DNA of 64,000 bases, from contig OZ253553.1 in the NCBI GenBank assembly GCA_965262715.1, positions 1,408,001 through 1,472,000 of the forward strand. The letters run 5' to 3'. Positions 28,966 through 41,753 of the stretch are shown in pieces (within the stretch, counting starts at the first letter, position 1; each line of letters starts with the position of its first letter). The DNA is from Bdellovibrionales bacterium (GTDB lineage: Bacteria; Bdellovibrionota; Bdellovibrionia; Bdellovibrionales; JAUICD01). A program made the translations under genes and the position numbers. The notes below the pieces were generated by a model. It saw only the letters and a program-made list of their open reading frames with translations. It was not told the origin of the DNA and made no database searches.

Positions 28966-31635
28966 TTAAAGGCCATGGCACTTTTTGTACTTCTTACCAC
29001 TTCCACAATGACAAGGGTCATTTCTGCCCAACCTTTTATCAGAACGTACAAAAGGCGTTGTTGATTTTCTTTGAGGAGTCTGCATCTGCCTTCGCCTTTG
29101 TAAGGATTTAAAATTATCTAAATCTTCACCTCCTGACATTTCCATTTGTGAAGGCCGTCTGCCATATCCCATATCATCTTCTAGCGCGTCTGCTCGATCT
29201 GCAACAATTTGAACCTTGAAAAGTTTCTCCAAAGTTTCTGTTTTGATCGTATGATCCATTATTTCAAACGCAGCATAAGCTTCTTTTTTATATTCTATCA
29301 ATGGATCTTTTTGAGCATAACCTCTTAAAGAAACCCCCTCCCTAATATGATCGACTGTTTGAAGATGATCTTTCCATTTTATGTCAATAGTTTGTAATAA
29401 AATCATTTTTTTAATTTGATCATAATAAACATCAAGGTTTGTTTTTTGATTTTTAAAATGATCTCCAATAAGAAGCTTAACATCTTGAGTTAAGATCTCA
29501 CTTGTCCAGTCCTTATCATCTTCAGGCAAAGAAGTGCCAAATTGCTGATATAAAGCGGCATTCAAGCCTTCTAAATCCCAATCCTTTTGTTGTTTAGATT
29601 CAGGAGCATATTGATCTAATAATAGAGATGTGGCCTCTCCTAAATATTCTTTTAAAATAGTTTCAATGTTATCACCATCTAATATTTGTCTTCTTAAAGA
29701 GTAAATAGTCTTTCTTTGCTTGTTCATCACATCATCATAATCAATCAAATGTTTTCTTATATCAAAGTTATGGCCTTCTACTTTTTTCTGAGCTCCTTCA
29801 ATGGCTTTGGACACCATGGAAGATACAATTGGTTCATCTTCTGGAAATTTCATGCGGTTCATAATCTTCTGGATTCTTTCTCCTCCAAAAATTCTCATTA
29901 AACTATCCTCAAGAGATAAGTAAAATAAAGAACTGCCAGGATCACCTTGTCTTCCAGAACGTCCTCTCAACTGATTGTCAATACGACGAGACTCATGCCT
30001 TTCCGTACCTATAATATGAAGGCCGCCAGCCTCAATAACCATATTTTTTTCTTTTTCACATTGAATTAAATATTTTTGATGAGCTTCCTCATATTTTTCA
30101 CTATCAGGCTCTAATGCCTTAGCCATAGCCTCTGGATTTCCTCCAAGAACAATGTCTGTACCCCTTCCAGCCATATTCGTAGCAATGGTCACAGCACATT
30201 TCCTGCCAGCTTGAGCAATGATCTCTGCTTCTCTTTCATGGTGTTTCGCATTGAGCACATTGTGTTTTACATCCATTCGAGATAAAAAATCGCTGATTTT
30301 CTCTGACTTTTCAATACTCACTGTCCCTACTAAAATAGGCTGTCCTTGAACATTTCTTTCTTGGATATCTTTTGCTATAGCCTTGAATTTGGCATCTTCT
30401 GTTTTGTAAATCACATCATCATGATCAATACGCGCAACAAGCTCGTTTGTAGGTACGACATTGACACTTAAATTGTAAATTTTCTGAAATTCAACAGCTT
30501 CTGTATCAGCTGTTCCTGTCATTCCTGCCAGTTTATTATACATTCTAAAATAATTTTGATAAGTGATAGATGCAAGTGTTTGATTTTCATTTTTCACCTG
30601 AACATGTTCCTTAGCTTCAATAGCTTGATGCAAACCATCACTCCATCTACGCCCTGGCTGCAGACGACCTGTAAACTCATCAACAATCATCACTTCACCA
30701 TCCTTAATCATGTAATCAATATCTTTATTGTAGAGATGATGAGCCTTTAATGCCTGATAGATATGATGTAACAGTTCAATGTGTTTAGGGTCATAAAGAT
30801 TGTCTATCTTTAAGAGCTCTTCAACTTTGTTATTTCCCTCTTCTGTGAGCATGGCACTCTTAGATTTTTCCTCAATCGTAAAATGAATTTCTTTCTGAAG
30901 ATCAGGAATGATCTCATTGATTTTTTTGTATTTATCCGTTGATTGCTCTGCCGGCCCAGAAATAATAAGAGGTGTTCTTGCTTCATCAATTAAGATGGAA
31001 TCACATTCATCTATAATGGCAAAGTTATGCTCTCTCTGTACATAGTCCTTAAGATGGTATTTCATGTTATCTCTTAAGTAATCAAAGCCTAACTCATTAT
31101 TAGTGGCATAAAGAATATCTGAGTCGTAGGCTATTTTCCGCTCTTGATCAGATTTAGCATGCATCACAACTCCAACAGAAAGTCCTAAAAATTGATAAAC
31201 TTCTCCCATCCACTGAGCATCACGTGTAGCCAAATAATCATTGACTGTTACTAAATGAACTCCCTTTCCAGTCAATGCATTTAAATAGATAGGAAGGGTT
31301 GCTACTAAAGTTTTACCTTCTCCTGTTTTCATTTCCGCAATCCTGCCTTTATGTAAAATATAACCACCTATAAGCTGAACATCATAATGACGCATGTTAA
31401 GTGTACGGCAAGAAGCTTCACGACAAACAGCAAAGGCTTCTGGCAAAATGTTTTCAAGGCCTTCACCTCTTTCAAGACGTTCTTTAAATTCAGAAGTTTT
31501 AGCTCTCAGTTTATCATCACTTAAAGCTTTCACAGACTCTTCCAGTTCATTAACTTGATTCACTAATGGCTGGAGTTTTTTCATTTCACGTTCATGTGAA
31601 CTTCCAAAAATTTTCATAGCAAGTGTCTTAAGCAT
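28966..31635 (-). CDS. secA: Preprotein translocase subunit SecA
   Basis: [32 protein letters not shown] and [23 protein letters not shown]. Confidence 0.99.
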   Translation of the reverse strand: MLKTLAMKIFGSSHEREMKKLQPLVNQVNELEESVKALSDDKLRAKTSEFKERLERGEGLENILPEAFAVCREASCRTLNMRHYDVQLIGGYILHKGRIAEMKTGEGKTLVATLPIYLNALTGKGVHLVTVNDYLATRDAQWMGEVYQFLGLSVGVVMHAKSDQERKIAYDSDILYATNNELGFDYLRDNMKYHLKDYVQREHNFAIIDECDSILIDEARTPLIISGPAEQSTDKYKKINEIIPDLQKEIHFTIEEKSKSAMLTEEGNNKVEELLKIDNLYDPKHIELLHHIYQALKAHHLYNKDIDYMIKDGEVMIVDEFTGRLQPGRRWSDGLHQAIEAKEHVQVKNENQTLASITYQNYFRMYNKLAGMTGTADTEAVEFQKIYNLSVNVVPTNELVARIDHDDVIYKTEDAKFKAIAKDIQERNVQGQPILVGTVSIEKSEKISDFLSRMDVKHNVLNAKHHEREAEIIAQAGRKCAVTIATNMAGRGTDIVLGGNPEAMAKALEPDSEKYEEAHQKYLIQCEKEKNMVIEAGGLHIIGTERHESRRIDNQLRGRSGRQGDPGSSLFYLSLEDSLMRIFGGERIQKIMNRMKFPEDEPIVSSMVSKAIEGAQKKVEGHNFDIRKHLIDYDDVMNKQRKTIYSLRRQILDGDNIETILKEYLGEATSLLLDQYAPESKQQKDWDLEGLNAALYQQFGTSLPEDDKDWTSEILTQDVKLLIGDHFKNQKTNLDVYYDQIKKMILLQTIDIKWKDHLQTVDHIREGVSLRGYAQKDPLIEYKKEAYAAFEIMDHTIKTETLEKLFKVQIVADRADALEDDMGYGRRPSQMEMSGGEDLDNFKSLQRRRQMQTPQRKSTTPFVRSDKRLGRNDPCHCGSGKKYKKCHGL

Positions 31636-31643
31636 ATTGTCTT

Positions 31644-33191
31644 TTACTCCTTTTGATGATCAATACGTTTAAATAGAGGAGACGTTTCTGAAATAGGTGA
31701 GCCTTCTTGAAGCAATCCCCATCTTTGAGTATCTTTTAAACAAGGAGTTTGACTCCAACCTATGATGTGCAGCAGCTCATTCATCTTAATAGGCATAATA
31801 GGATATAGTAAAATACCTGAAATACGTAAGCTCTCCAAACAGGTATAAAGGGCTTCACCCGCAATATCTTTTTGTGTTAAGTTAGAATTATCTTTTAAAA
31901 GGATCCATGGTTTTAATTCCTCTAAATAACAATTAGTTTTACTCAAAAAATCAATAATAATATCTACAGCCTTATGAGGTGCTAAATCTTTAATAGCCTT
32001 TTTAACATTTTCAGCAAGTGACATGGCGCTTAATATATGTTTTTTTGTAACCTCTTGAGTTTGAAGGTTTTTGGGAACAAGCCCATTAAAACCTTTCTGA
32101 ATTAATTTGTTCACACGACTTAAAAGATTACCTAAGTTATTAGCAAGTTCTGCATTCACACACCCTATAGCTAGATCTGTCTTGAATTGAGCATCATTGC
32201 CAAAATGAATACTCCTTGTTAAAAAATAACGCAAACCTGAAGATCCAATAATATCCTTAATATCAAGAGGTTTAATGACATTTTTTTTAGACTTACTCAT
32301 TTTTTCATTATTATCAGCCAACCACCACCCATGAGCAAATATGCCTCTAGGAAGTTGCGTCTGAAGAGCCATTAGCATAGTAGGCCAATACACAGCATGT
32401 GTGATAAGTATATCTTTTCCGATCACGTGCAGAGCATGAGGCCAAAGCCTATCAAAAGACTCTTGCTTTTCCTTTTGTCGATATCCAACAGCCGTGGCAT
32501 AGTTTAAAAGAGCGTCAAACCATACATAAGTCACATGATCTTTATCAAAAGGCAATTCAATACCCCAGTTAAGACGGGTCTTAGGACGACTAATGCTAAG
32601 ATCTCCTAAAGGTTTTTTTAAAAATCCTAAAACTTCATTTTTTTTAGAAAGAGGTCTTATGAAATCTGGATTTCTTTCTATATGCTCAAGGAGTTGATTT
32701 TGATATTTAGACATTTTGAAAAAATAATTTTCTTCTTTAATAACAGATACAGTGTTTCCAAGAGGCGTTTTGCCATCAATCAATTCTTTAGATGTATAAA
32801 ATATTTCCTCACTCTCACAGTAAAAACCTTCATAATCCTTTTTATAAATCTCACCTTTATCCCAGAGGTCTTGAAGGCAAGATTGAACAGCTTCTTTATG
32901 AAACTCCATAGTGGTACGCATAAAAAAGTCTTCTTTAATTTGCAGTATTTTCCAAAGCTTTCGAAAATGCAATACACACTCTTCAATATGATCTTCAACA
33001 GGTAATTGCCTTTGCTTAGCAGCATTTTGAACCTTTTGCCCATGCTCATCTGTACCTGTTAAAAAAAAGGTGCTTTCTTTAAAAAGCTGGTAATAACGAT
33101 GAATAACATCACATATAACAGTTGTGTAAGCATGACCAATATGAGGTGTATCATTCACATAATAAAGAGGTGTGGTGATATAAAGACCCAT
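31644..33191 (-). CDS. metG: Methionine--tRNA ligase (short form, no C-terminal tRNA-binding domain)
   Basis: [32 protein letters not shown] and KMSKS. Confidence 0.97.
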   Translation of the reverse strand: MGLYITTPLYYVNDTPHIGHAYTTVICDVIHRYYQLFKESTFFLTGTDEHGQKVQNAAKQRQLPVEDHIEECVLHFRKLWKILQIKEDFFMRTTMEFHKEAVQSCLQDLWDKGEIYKKDYEGFYCESEEIFYTSKELIDGKTPLGNTVSVIKEENYFFKMSKYQNQLLEHIERNPDFIRPLSKKNEVLGFLKKPLGDLSISRPKTRLNWGIELPFDKDHVTYVWFDALLNYATAVGYRQKEKQESFDRLWPHALHVIGKDILITHAVYWPTMLMALQTQLPRGIFAHGWWLADNNEKMSKSKKNVIKPLDIKDIIGSSGLRYFLTRSIHFGNDAQFKTDLAIGCVNAELANNLGNLLSRVNKLIQKGFNGLVPKNLQTQEVTKKHILSAMSLAENVKKAIKDLAPHKAVDIIIDFLSKTNCYLEELKPWILLKDNSNLTQKDIAGEALYTCLESLRISGILLYPIMPIKMNELLHIIGWSQTPCLKDTQRWGLLQEGSPISETSPLFKRIDHQKE

Positions 33192-33246
33192 CGATTTATT
33201 CGTGCCTACTCAAAAATTGCATGGACACCTTTTCTTTTAAAATCAT

Positions 33247-33465
33247 TTATTTATGACGGTACATAATAAGACCATGAGTTGGATCATAAGGAGAAACCCC
33301 AACTGTCACTTTATCTCCTACAACAATACGAATATTAAACTTTTGCATTTTACCACACAGCTTGGCCTGCACTTGAATATCACTATCAATTTGCACTTTA
33401 TAAAGGCCACCTGCTGCTACATCCACAACTTGTCCCTCTAATTGAGCAAGGTCATCCCTAGACAT
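33247..33465 (-). CDS. infA: Translation initiation factor IF-1
   Basis: 72 aa; GKMQKFNIRIVVGDKVTVGVSPYD..G.I.YR. Confidence 0.97.
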   Translation of the reverse strand: MSRDDLAQLEGQVVDVAAGGLYKVQIDSDIQVQAKLCGKMQKFNIRIVVGDKVTVGVSPYDPTHGLIMYRHK

Positions 33466-33707
33466 TTGTTTGTTTTTCCTTATTTGTTTGTGATTGCTCC
33501 AAAATAACTTAATACCATATTAAGTATTATAATCCCTAAAAAAATGCAAATCAAATCTTCATTTTCCCACTTAAGTGAGAATAGATACATTAGAATGTAT
33601 TAAAAGAGTAAATTGGCTTATTCTAATACATCTCACTTTTGCACAATGCCACACAAATATCAATAACCATTACTTGTTAAATATAGAGCCCTATCATCTC
33701 ATAAGGC

Positions 33708-34781
33708 TCAAAAATCATAGGCACAGGACAACCCACGATAGACGTAATCATCAATTGACTTTGGGCTCGGCATCAAATCTTGCAGATTCTTCACAATTGT
33801 ATCGGACATTAGAGGATGATCACCATCACCATCACCATCACCATCACCATCACCATCATAGTGCCATAAGCCTAATCCATGTCCAAGCTCATGTAATATA
33901 GTAGTGTTTAATATTACATTTCTTCTGCGAAGTTTTTCAGGGTCTATATTTTGGTATGCATGAATAGTTTCCCCTATTATAAGTGCAAAATGTATATCTT
34001 TAACATATCTGTCATAAAGTTCAATTCTTTCATTCAATGAATCTATTATCTCCTCAGCATATACCTCATCTTGTAAAAATTGATCTCTTTTATACTCCAA
34101 CTCTCTTATAGCCAATCTGCGAGCATCTTCAACGTTCATAGCTTGCCAATAAGTAATAATTTTATTTTGAAGAGTTTCAATATCTTCAGCATCACCTGCT
34201 TCAACACCCAAGAATCTTAATCTTTTTAAGAGGAAAAATCGAACAAATTCAATATCAGTTATAAATCTTTCTCTTATTATAATATCAGAGTCAGAAATTT
34301 TTAAATATGATAAAGTATTATCAATGTCTTCCGCATTTATCATAGGAAAGTTATGACCAGTGGTTAAAACGTCTTCTGGAAACATCCTATCGTACATATC
34401 AAGTGTGTCTTTTAATTGATCTTCACTAAACCAATAAATAACATTCTTTTGATCTTTTCTATTATGAATAGGATCAATCTCATTATGATCAATTCCCTTA
34501 ATAATAAAGACTTCACGCTCAAGGGATGTGTTCCATGTTGAAGCTCTCTCATAAAAGAAATTTCTATGTTTCTCAGGTACACTCTCATGAAGATAATATT
34601 CTACCGGAAAGTCTTCTCCCTGAGACAGAGGAAGATGAGGTATATCATTAGGTAAATTAAAAGTATCTCTAAAAACATCATGATAAGGAGCATTGAATCT
34701 ACTCCCATACATTACAAGTTGACAAGGGTCAACTCGAGGGCATCCAGTAAGTACTAAAAACAATATGATAGCAAATAGCAA
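33708..34781 (-). CDS. Metzincin (matrixin-like) zinc metalloprotease lipoprotein
   Basis: Lipobox LTGC; HELGHGLGLWH zinc motif followed by the LM Met-turn. The true start may be a few codons upstream. Confidence 0.82.
   Translation of the reverse strand: MLFAIILFLVLTGCPRVDPCQLVMYGSRFNAPYHDVFRDTFNLPNDIPHLPLSQGEDFPVEYYLHESVPEKHRNFFYERASTWNTSLEREVFIIKGIDHNEIDPIHNRKDQKNVIYWFSEDQLKDTLDMYDRMFPEDVLTTGHNFPMINAEDIDNTLSYLKISDSDIIIRERFITDIEFVRFFLLKRLRFLGVEAGDAEDIETLQNKIITYWQAMNVEDARRLAIRELEYKRDQFLQDEVYAEEIIDSLNERIELYDRYVKDIHFALIIGETIHAYQNIDPEKLRRRNVILNTTILHELGHGLGLWHYDGDGDGDGDGDGDHPLMSDTIVKNLQDLMPSPKSIDDYVYRGLSCAYDF
33819..33858. repeat. (ATCACC)6 hexamer microsatellite encoding a Gly-Asp tract
   Basis: Six perfect atcacc units plus a partial unit. 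Confidence 0.95.
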
Positions 34782-35060
34782 TCGATTTATATTTTTTATG
34801 ATAACCTCTTATACCCCCCCTAAATTTCCACTCAAAAATTCTTTTAAAACTCTTAATAAATTTCAACTTATAGTCAACCAACAATTTTATTTTTTATAAA
34901 CTTTATAAATTAGTTATTTTTAACTTTGTAAATTTTACAACTCAATAATTTCTATTTTATAGATAAAAAACTTTTATAGTGTTCCATATATAAAATAGAT
35001 TACATATGTCTCTAAAATGAACCTCTGGCACTCAAGCATTCTGTCAAGCTGTTTACAGAA

Positions 35061-35103
35061 ACTGTTATCGGATTGCCTGATTATTCAATTGCCGGATTGC
35101 TAG
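35061..35103. repeat. Family C element (degenerate)
   Basis: cggattgcctga...ttgccggattgc octamer units. Confidence 0.55.
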
Positions 35104-35300
35104 AATAAAACAAGGTAATCATTGAATTTTTTATATTGTAAGAGATAAAACTTATTTTGTCAGACCGCTTCAGTTAACTTGCCAATGTAGTACTAATTAA
35201 ACTGTGGTTAAACTGTTCCAGTACCTGGCAATCATACCAACCAGCATTGGAACCATAAAATCTGGCATCAACAATTTGAATTTTTAGTGATGTAAAATGA

Positions 35301-35864
35301 CTATTCTGCTTTTTTGAAGGGAAAGTAGCTTAAATTAGAGATTTCAGAGAAGAACTGTTCAATAGAGGTCACCTCACGTATAAGTGAAAAATCCATATCA
35401 TTCAAAAATCCTTCTTTATTAATGTATCTAAAATGAGTCATTAAAAAATCAAAAAAGTTTTCATGGTTCAATAGAAAAATAGGTTTTTGATGATATTTCA
35501 GCTTAGCCCAAGTAAGTACCTCGCAGAGTTCATCTAAAGTCCCAAGGCCCCCAGGAAGGGCCACAAAGGCATCTGATAACTCATACATCTTTGCTTTTCT
35601 ATCATGAAGAGAGTCAACAATAAAAAGCTCAGTCAATTTATCATGAGCGACTTCCATTTTTACTAACTTTTTAGGAATAACACCATAAGCCTTACCTTTA
35701 TGTTTAAGAACCGAATCTGCAATGACTCCCATTAGACCAATGGAGGCCCCTCCATAAACCAAATCTAAAGAGGCATCAGCCATCTTTTTCCCAAAATCTT
35801 CTCCCAACTCAGTGTATCGTTTAGGAGCATTTATACCACAAAAGACACAAAGGCTTTTAACCAT
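35301..35864 (-). CDS. LOG-family (TIGR00730-like) nucleotide phosphoribohydrolase
   Basis: LVYGGASIGLMG, RKAKM and ALPGGLGTLDE motifs. Confidence 0.93.
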   Translation of the reverse strand: MVKSLCVFCGINAPKRYTELGEDFGKKMADASLDLVYGGASIGLMGVIADSVLKHKGKAYGVIPKKLVKMEVAHDKLTELFIVDSLHDRKAKMYELSDAFVALPGGLGTLDELCEVLTWAKLKYHQKPIFLLNHENFFDFLMTHFRYINKEGFLNDMDFSLIREVTSIEQFFSEISNLSYFPFKKAE

Positions 35865-36012
35865 AGAGCACCATACTAAAACCTCTTAAATTTAAAGAAC
35901 TAGAAATAAGCTTGATTAATCATTCGGATTAAAGCAAGTTTTCTTAAATAACTATTTTCATTTTTTTAATTGAAAATAAAATTTTTTAAGAACAAATAGG
36001 ATAAGATTTATA

Positions 36013-36312
36013 CTATTTGCTTATTTCTTTTTTGTCTTTGGTTTTATTAAAGTTAGCATAACGTTTTTGAAACCTTTCAACACGTCCTTCCACATCAACC
36101 AACTTCTGTTTACCTGTGTAAAAAGGATGACATACATTGCAAATATCTAATTTAATACTACTTAAAGTTGAACCTGTAATAAAAGAGTTTCCACAAACAC
36201 AAACAACCTTGGCATTTGGATGCCAATTGATCTTATTTTTGACTTTAGGATCTACTTTTTGCTTTTTAATGGTCTTAGCAGACTTATCTTGTTTCTCTTT
36301 TTGTTGTTCCAT
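36013..36312 (-). CDS. rpmE: 50S ribosomal protein L31 (zinc-binding type) with N-terminal extension
   Basis: CVCG...[23 protein letters not shown]. Confidence 0.93.
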   Translation of the reverse strand: MEQQKEKQDKSAKTIKKQKVDPKVKNKINWHPNAKVVCVCGNSFITGSTLSSIKLDICNVCHPFYTGKQKLVDVEGRVERFQKRYANFNKTKDKKEISK

Positions 36313-36371
36313 AATGATTTTCCCGTTTGAGCTTCACTTATAACTTTTTATACATATTACATCACAATCTT

Positions 36372-36782
36372 CTATTTTTCAATAAGAGCAAGCCTTAACT
36401 TTGCTTTTTGTTCCTTGATGTAATTCTTTTCAAGATCTTCACCCTTTTCTATCTTCTCAGTAGACATCTTTAAGGCCTTAAGTGCTCTCTCCTTATCAAT
36501 ACTTTCCGGAAATTCCGCAGTTTCAGCTAAAATATTCACTGAATTATCAAAAACTTCCAAATATCCCCAAAAAATAGCCCTCTTTCTTAATTTGATCTGT
36601 CCTTCTTCAGTCTTTTCCTTATACTTAAGAAGGCCAATCCCTAAAGTTGTTACAAGAGAGGTGTGATCCTTTAAAATCTCTATCTCACCTCTATCAGTCA
36701 CAACTTGAAGACTTTCAATAGGCAAATTAAAAGCCAATTTTGCTGTTGGGGTCAACAAATTTAAACTTAAACCACTGCTCAT
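36372..36782 (-). CDS. atpC: ATP synthase F1 epsilon subunit
   Basis: LLTP, GEIEILKDH, GYLEV and ILAETAE...ID.ERA; directly downstream of atpD. Confidence 0.93.
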   Translation of the reverse strand: MSSGLSLNLLTPTAKLAFNLPIESLQVVTDRGEIEILKDHTSLVTTLGIGLLKYKEKTEEGQIKLRKRAIFWGYLEVFDNSVNILAETAEFPESIDKERALKALKMSTEKIEKGEDLEKNYIKEQKAKLRLALIEK

Positions 36783-38360
<1,578 letters not shown>

Positions 38361-38637
38361 AACCACTCAAAGTTTTCTCAAACTCATGTTATTTGCTCTT
38401 TAAGAAGTTAAGCAATCATCTTTATTTACATTATGATGAAATATTTGGTCAAGCCTTAAAAATCTTGTCATTCCCTTCTAGAAATGTGCTAGAGAATCAT
38501 GAAAACATCAGAGCCAAATAGATCGAAAGAGCTTTATCCATTTACTTGAAAATGCTGATGACATCTTTGGGTATGATAGATCATTTTAAGTAAACTCAAA
38601 TCAAGTAGACTCAAAATGACAAAAAACCTATATTACT

Positions 38638-38985
38638 TTAGTTTCTCAATTCTTCCTCTAATTTTCGCAAATTGTCAGTAGGAGATCTATATTCATATCT
38701 TTCTCGTTGTAGAGGGGTCATAAAATCTCCTACGTAAATGATCTTATTGTTTTTCAATTGGATCTCTTTATGAACCCATGATCCATTTTGAAAAAAACGG
38801 TATAACCAATAAATGATGTCATTTCTATATTGGGTTTGAAAAGGTGAGCCCAGTTTTTCAAGCACATGGCTCTTTGTCATACCAACTTCTATTTTGTTAA
38901 ATGCTCTTAAGGAATAAGAAGAACAACCTGATAAAAAGGTTAAAAGTACAATGCAAATAATAATATTGATACTCAAAAGTTTCAT
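38638..38985 (-). CDS. BamE/SmpA-like outer membrane lipoprotein
   Basis: Lipobox LSGC; IEVGMTKSHVLEKLGSP...WLY. Start re-called to MKLLS. Confidence 0.8.
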   Translation of the reverse strand: MKLLSINIIICIVLLTFLSGCSSYSLRAFNKIEVGMTKSHVLEKLGSPFQTQYRNDIIYWLYRFFQNGSWVHKEIQLKNNKIIYVGDFMTPLQRERYEYRSPTDNLRKLEEELRN

Positions 38986-39055
38986 TCTATGAACCTCTAT
39001 TTTTAATCTTGTAATTATAACCATCTTCAACTTTGCACAGTCATAATACAACAAC

Positions 39056-39691
39056 TTATCCTTGTTGATCTGGATGCGCTCTTTGAAAAAATTCAAGTTG
39101 ATGACAGTTTTCTACAACACGGCAAATACATGGAAAGTCAGACATATCTACATCATAACGATGAGCACTATAAACCTGTGGAATCAAAAAAGCATCCGCA
39201 GCAGTTATCTGATCACCAAAAGTATATCGACCTCCACAAGTTTTCATCAATGTCTCTATACTATATAACCCCCTAGAAATCCAATGAGTATTCCATGCCT
39301 TAATATTTGATTTAGAAGCTTGAAAGTCTTTAGATAGTTTTTGACCTACAGATAAATTTTGTAAAGGCTGAATTCCTGAGTTAATGATCTCACATATTTG
39401 TTTAACCAACATACAATCATTGACACTATCAGGAAATATTCTTGGTCCTGGAAAAACTGCATCAATATACTCTATAATGACCATAGATTGAGTTAAGCTC
39501 ATATTATTATGTTCAAAAAGAGGTACTTGTCCTAAAGGGTTCTTTTGTATATATTTGGGATCTAATTGCTCTTCTTTTAAAAGATGAATACTGCGAGATT
39601 CAAAATCTATCTGCTTATAATGAAGAACAATCCTCACTCGATAAGCTGAAGAGCTTCTAAAGTAATTATATAAGATAGGCCTCTTTATCAT
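39056..39691 (-). CDS. maiA: Maleylacetoacetate isomerase (GST zeta class)
   Basis: YFRSSSAYRVRI, NPLGQVP, SGIQPLQNL and AHPDQQ motifs. Confidence 0.93.
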   Translation of the reverse strand: MIKRPILYNYFRSSSAYRVRIVLHYKQIDFESRSIHLLKEEQLDPKYIQKNPLGQVPLFEHNNMSLTQSMVIIEYIDAVFPGPRIFPDSVNDCMLVKQICEIINSGIQPLQNLSVGQKLSKDFQASKSNIKAWNTHWISRGLYSIETLMKTCGGRYTFGDQITAADAFLIPQVYSAHRYDVDMSDFPCICRVVENCHQLEFFQRAHPDQQG

Positions 39692-39856
39692 AACAACTCA
39701 CCCTTAAGTAAATATTATCTCATAAATAAATAATATTACTATATGTCACTTCTTATAAAAAAGAATTTTCACCAAAAAATAACGCCTCTTATTGGTACAA
39801 AATAAGATATTGTTATTTGAAGTCAGGTAGTAGGGTGAAGTGGTTCTTATAAAGAA

Positions 39857-40021
39857 TTAAGAAGAATGTGATTTAAGAAGAGTAGAGGATTTGTCATCAC
39901 CAAAAAGCTGAGCATGAGGCTTTGTTGTTCCTTTGTTTCTATTATGCGTTTTACGCACTTGACCCTGCTTGATTTTCTTTCTATGTCTTCTCGTGCGAGT
40001 CTGACCGGTTGGTGAAACCAT
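39857..40021 (-). CDS. Small, very basic hypothetical protein (54 aa, missing from the ORF track)
   Basis: aaggag RBS, then MVSPTGQTRTRRHRKKIKQGQVRKTHNRNKGTTKPHAQLFGDDKSSTLLKSHSS*. Confidence 0.7.
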   Translation of the reverse strand: MVSPTGQTRTRRHRKKIKQGQVRKTHNRNKGTTKPHAQLFGDDKSSTLLKSHSS

Positions 40022-40305
40022 AAAGTCTCCTTATCTATGCCTTTTCCAATGTCTTCATATTTTTTACTCTAGCTAAATTTTATTAGATAACAAGAATATC
40101 AGATAAGCACAAGTTTTAAAATTATTTTTCCCAATATTTTTGATTGAGCTTTGCATTAAATTGAAAAAATAAACCTTACTAAGTGAAAAAGTTTATAGTA
40201 GTGTCTAGTTTTTATTAACTCTTTCTTTACTTTAAAAATAAATCAAATACTGTCATATTAGCTAGTGATCTTTAAAAATTAAATTTTAAATGAGGGGGAA
40301 CTTTA

Positions 40306-41268
40306 ATGGAACCTATTTTATCACCTCACAGTGATAGATTTGTCCTTTTACCTATAAAATATAGAGATATATGGGATATGTACAAAAAAGCAGAAGCCAG
40401 CTTTTGGACAACAGAGGAAATTGATCTATCTACGGATTTATTGGACTGGAAAAAACTTAATGAGAATGAAAAGCATTTCATTAAGCATGTCCTGGCGTTT
40501 TTTGCTGCAAGTGATGGAATAGTCAATGAAAATCTGGCTCTTCGGTTTTGTCAGGAAGTTCAGATTCCAGAGGCTAGATGTTTTTATGGCTTTCAAATGG
40601 CTATGGAAAACATTCATTCTGAAACCTATAGTTTGCTCATTGATACTTATATAGAAGACACACAAGAAAAAAACTATCTCTTTAAGGCACTAGATAACTT
40701 ACCAGCAGTTAAAATAAAGGGAGAATGGGCCTTAAAATGGATCGAAAACAGTAAATCCTTTGCAGAAAGGCTTGTGGCTTTCGCAGCTGTAGAAGGTATC
40801 TTTTTCTCAGGCAGTTTTTGCGCTATATTCTGGCTTAAAAAACGAGGTCTTATGCCAGGTTTAACTTTTTCTAATGAATTGATCAGTAGGGATGAAGGAT
40901 TACATACTGATTTTGCCTGCCTCCTTTTTGAAAAGCTCAAAGACAAGCCATCAAACCAACGTGTTTTAGATATCATCACTGATGCTGTATCCATTGAGAA
41001 ACAATTTGTTACACATGCCCTGCCTGTAAGCCTTATTGGTATGAATGCTGGGTTAATGACTCAATATATTGAGTTTGTGGCTGACCGTCTTTTAATCTCT
41101 CTTGGTTTAGATAAACACTATAAAGTGAAAAATCCTTTTGATTGGATGGAGTTGATTTCTCTTCAAGGAAAAACAAACTTTTTTGAAAAAAGAGTGGGCG
41201 ACTATCAAAAAGCAGGAGTCATGGTCAACAGATCTGATCAAGTCTTTACATTAGATGCCGAATTTTAA
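40306..41268 (+). CDS. nrdB: Ribonucleotide reductase class Ia beta subunit (eukaryote-like)
   Basis: [38 protein letters not shown] and C-terminal FTLDAEF. Confidence 0.97.
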   Translation: MEPILSPHSDRFVLLPIKYRDIWDMYKKAEASFWTTEEIDLSTDLLDWKKLNENEKHFIKHVLAFFAASDGIVNENLALRFCQEVQIPEARCFYGFQMAMENIHSETYSLLIDTYIEDTQEKNYLFKALDNLPAVKIKGEWALKWIENSKSFAERLVAFAAVEGIFFSGSFCAIFWLKKRGLMPGLTFSNELISRDEGLHTDFACLLFEKLKDKPSNQRVLDIITDAVSIEKQFVTHALPVSLIGMNAGLMTQYIEFVADRLLISLGLDKHYKVKNPFDWMELISLQGKTNFFEKRVGDYQKAGVMVNRSDQVFTLDAEF

Positions 41269-41378
41269 AAGCTTTTTGCATATAGTCACATATATATAAT
41301 TTTGGTTCATGACACTTTAAGGTTAGTTTTTTATTGATTAGAAATATTTTTTACTTATTTTTTTAAGCTCCCTTTACT

Positions 41379-41437
41379 CCGGTATCTGGCAGTCGATCAA
41401 ACCGGCATGCTGTATCTGAAATCATGAAACCTGGCAT
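41379..41437. repeat. Family C element (degenerate) between nrdB and nrdA
   Basis: ccggtatctggcagtcgatcaaaccggcatgc resembles ccggaaatctggcagcctacgcaaaccggatgc at 49156. Confidence 0.55.
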
Positions 41438-41753
41438 CAATAACTTTAATTGGTTATAGAATAAAGATTCTTTTAAAATCTTTATGTCATAATACTCTGA
41501 TCTGAGATGACTCGCCATCACTAGCTCATAAACCTACCAAAAGACATTAGTGACAACTCACTGTAACTACATGTATTTCTAAGATCAATATTTGTGCAGC
41601 AAGGTCAAAAAAAAATATTTATATTTTTTTATTGCCTCTTTCCTGACTCTTGTTAATATGAAATCTCTAATTGTTTTGAACGTCAAACTAACTTAATCTA
41701 AAAAAGAGAGGGGTTTTCATGTACCTATACATACAAATTAAGAGGGTGCTTCG

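Noticed and set aside
33575..33901. Plus-strand ORF with a poly-His tract (possible metal-binding protein)
   Set aside because: It is the antisense reading of the (ATCACC)n repeat inside the metalloprotease gene.
40080..40305. NrdR boxes upstream of nrdB
   Set aside because: No convincing match to the acaCwAtATaTwGtgt consensus by eye.
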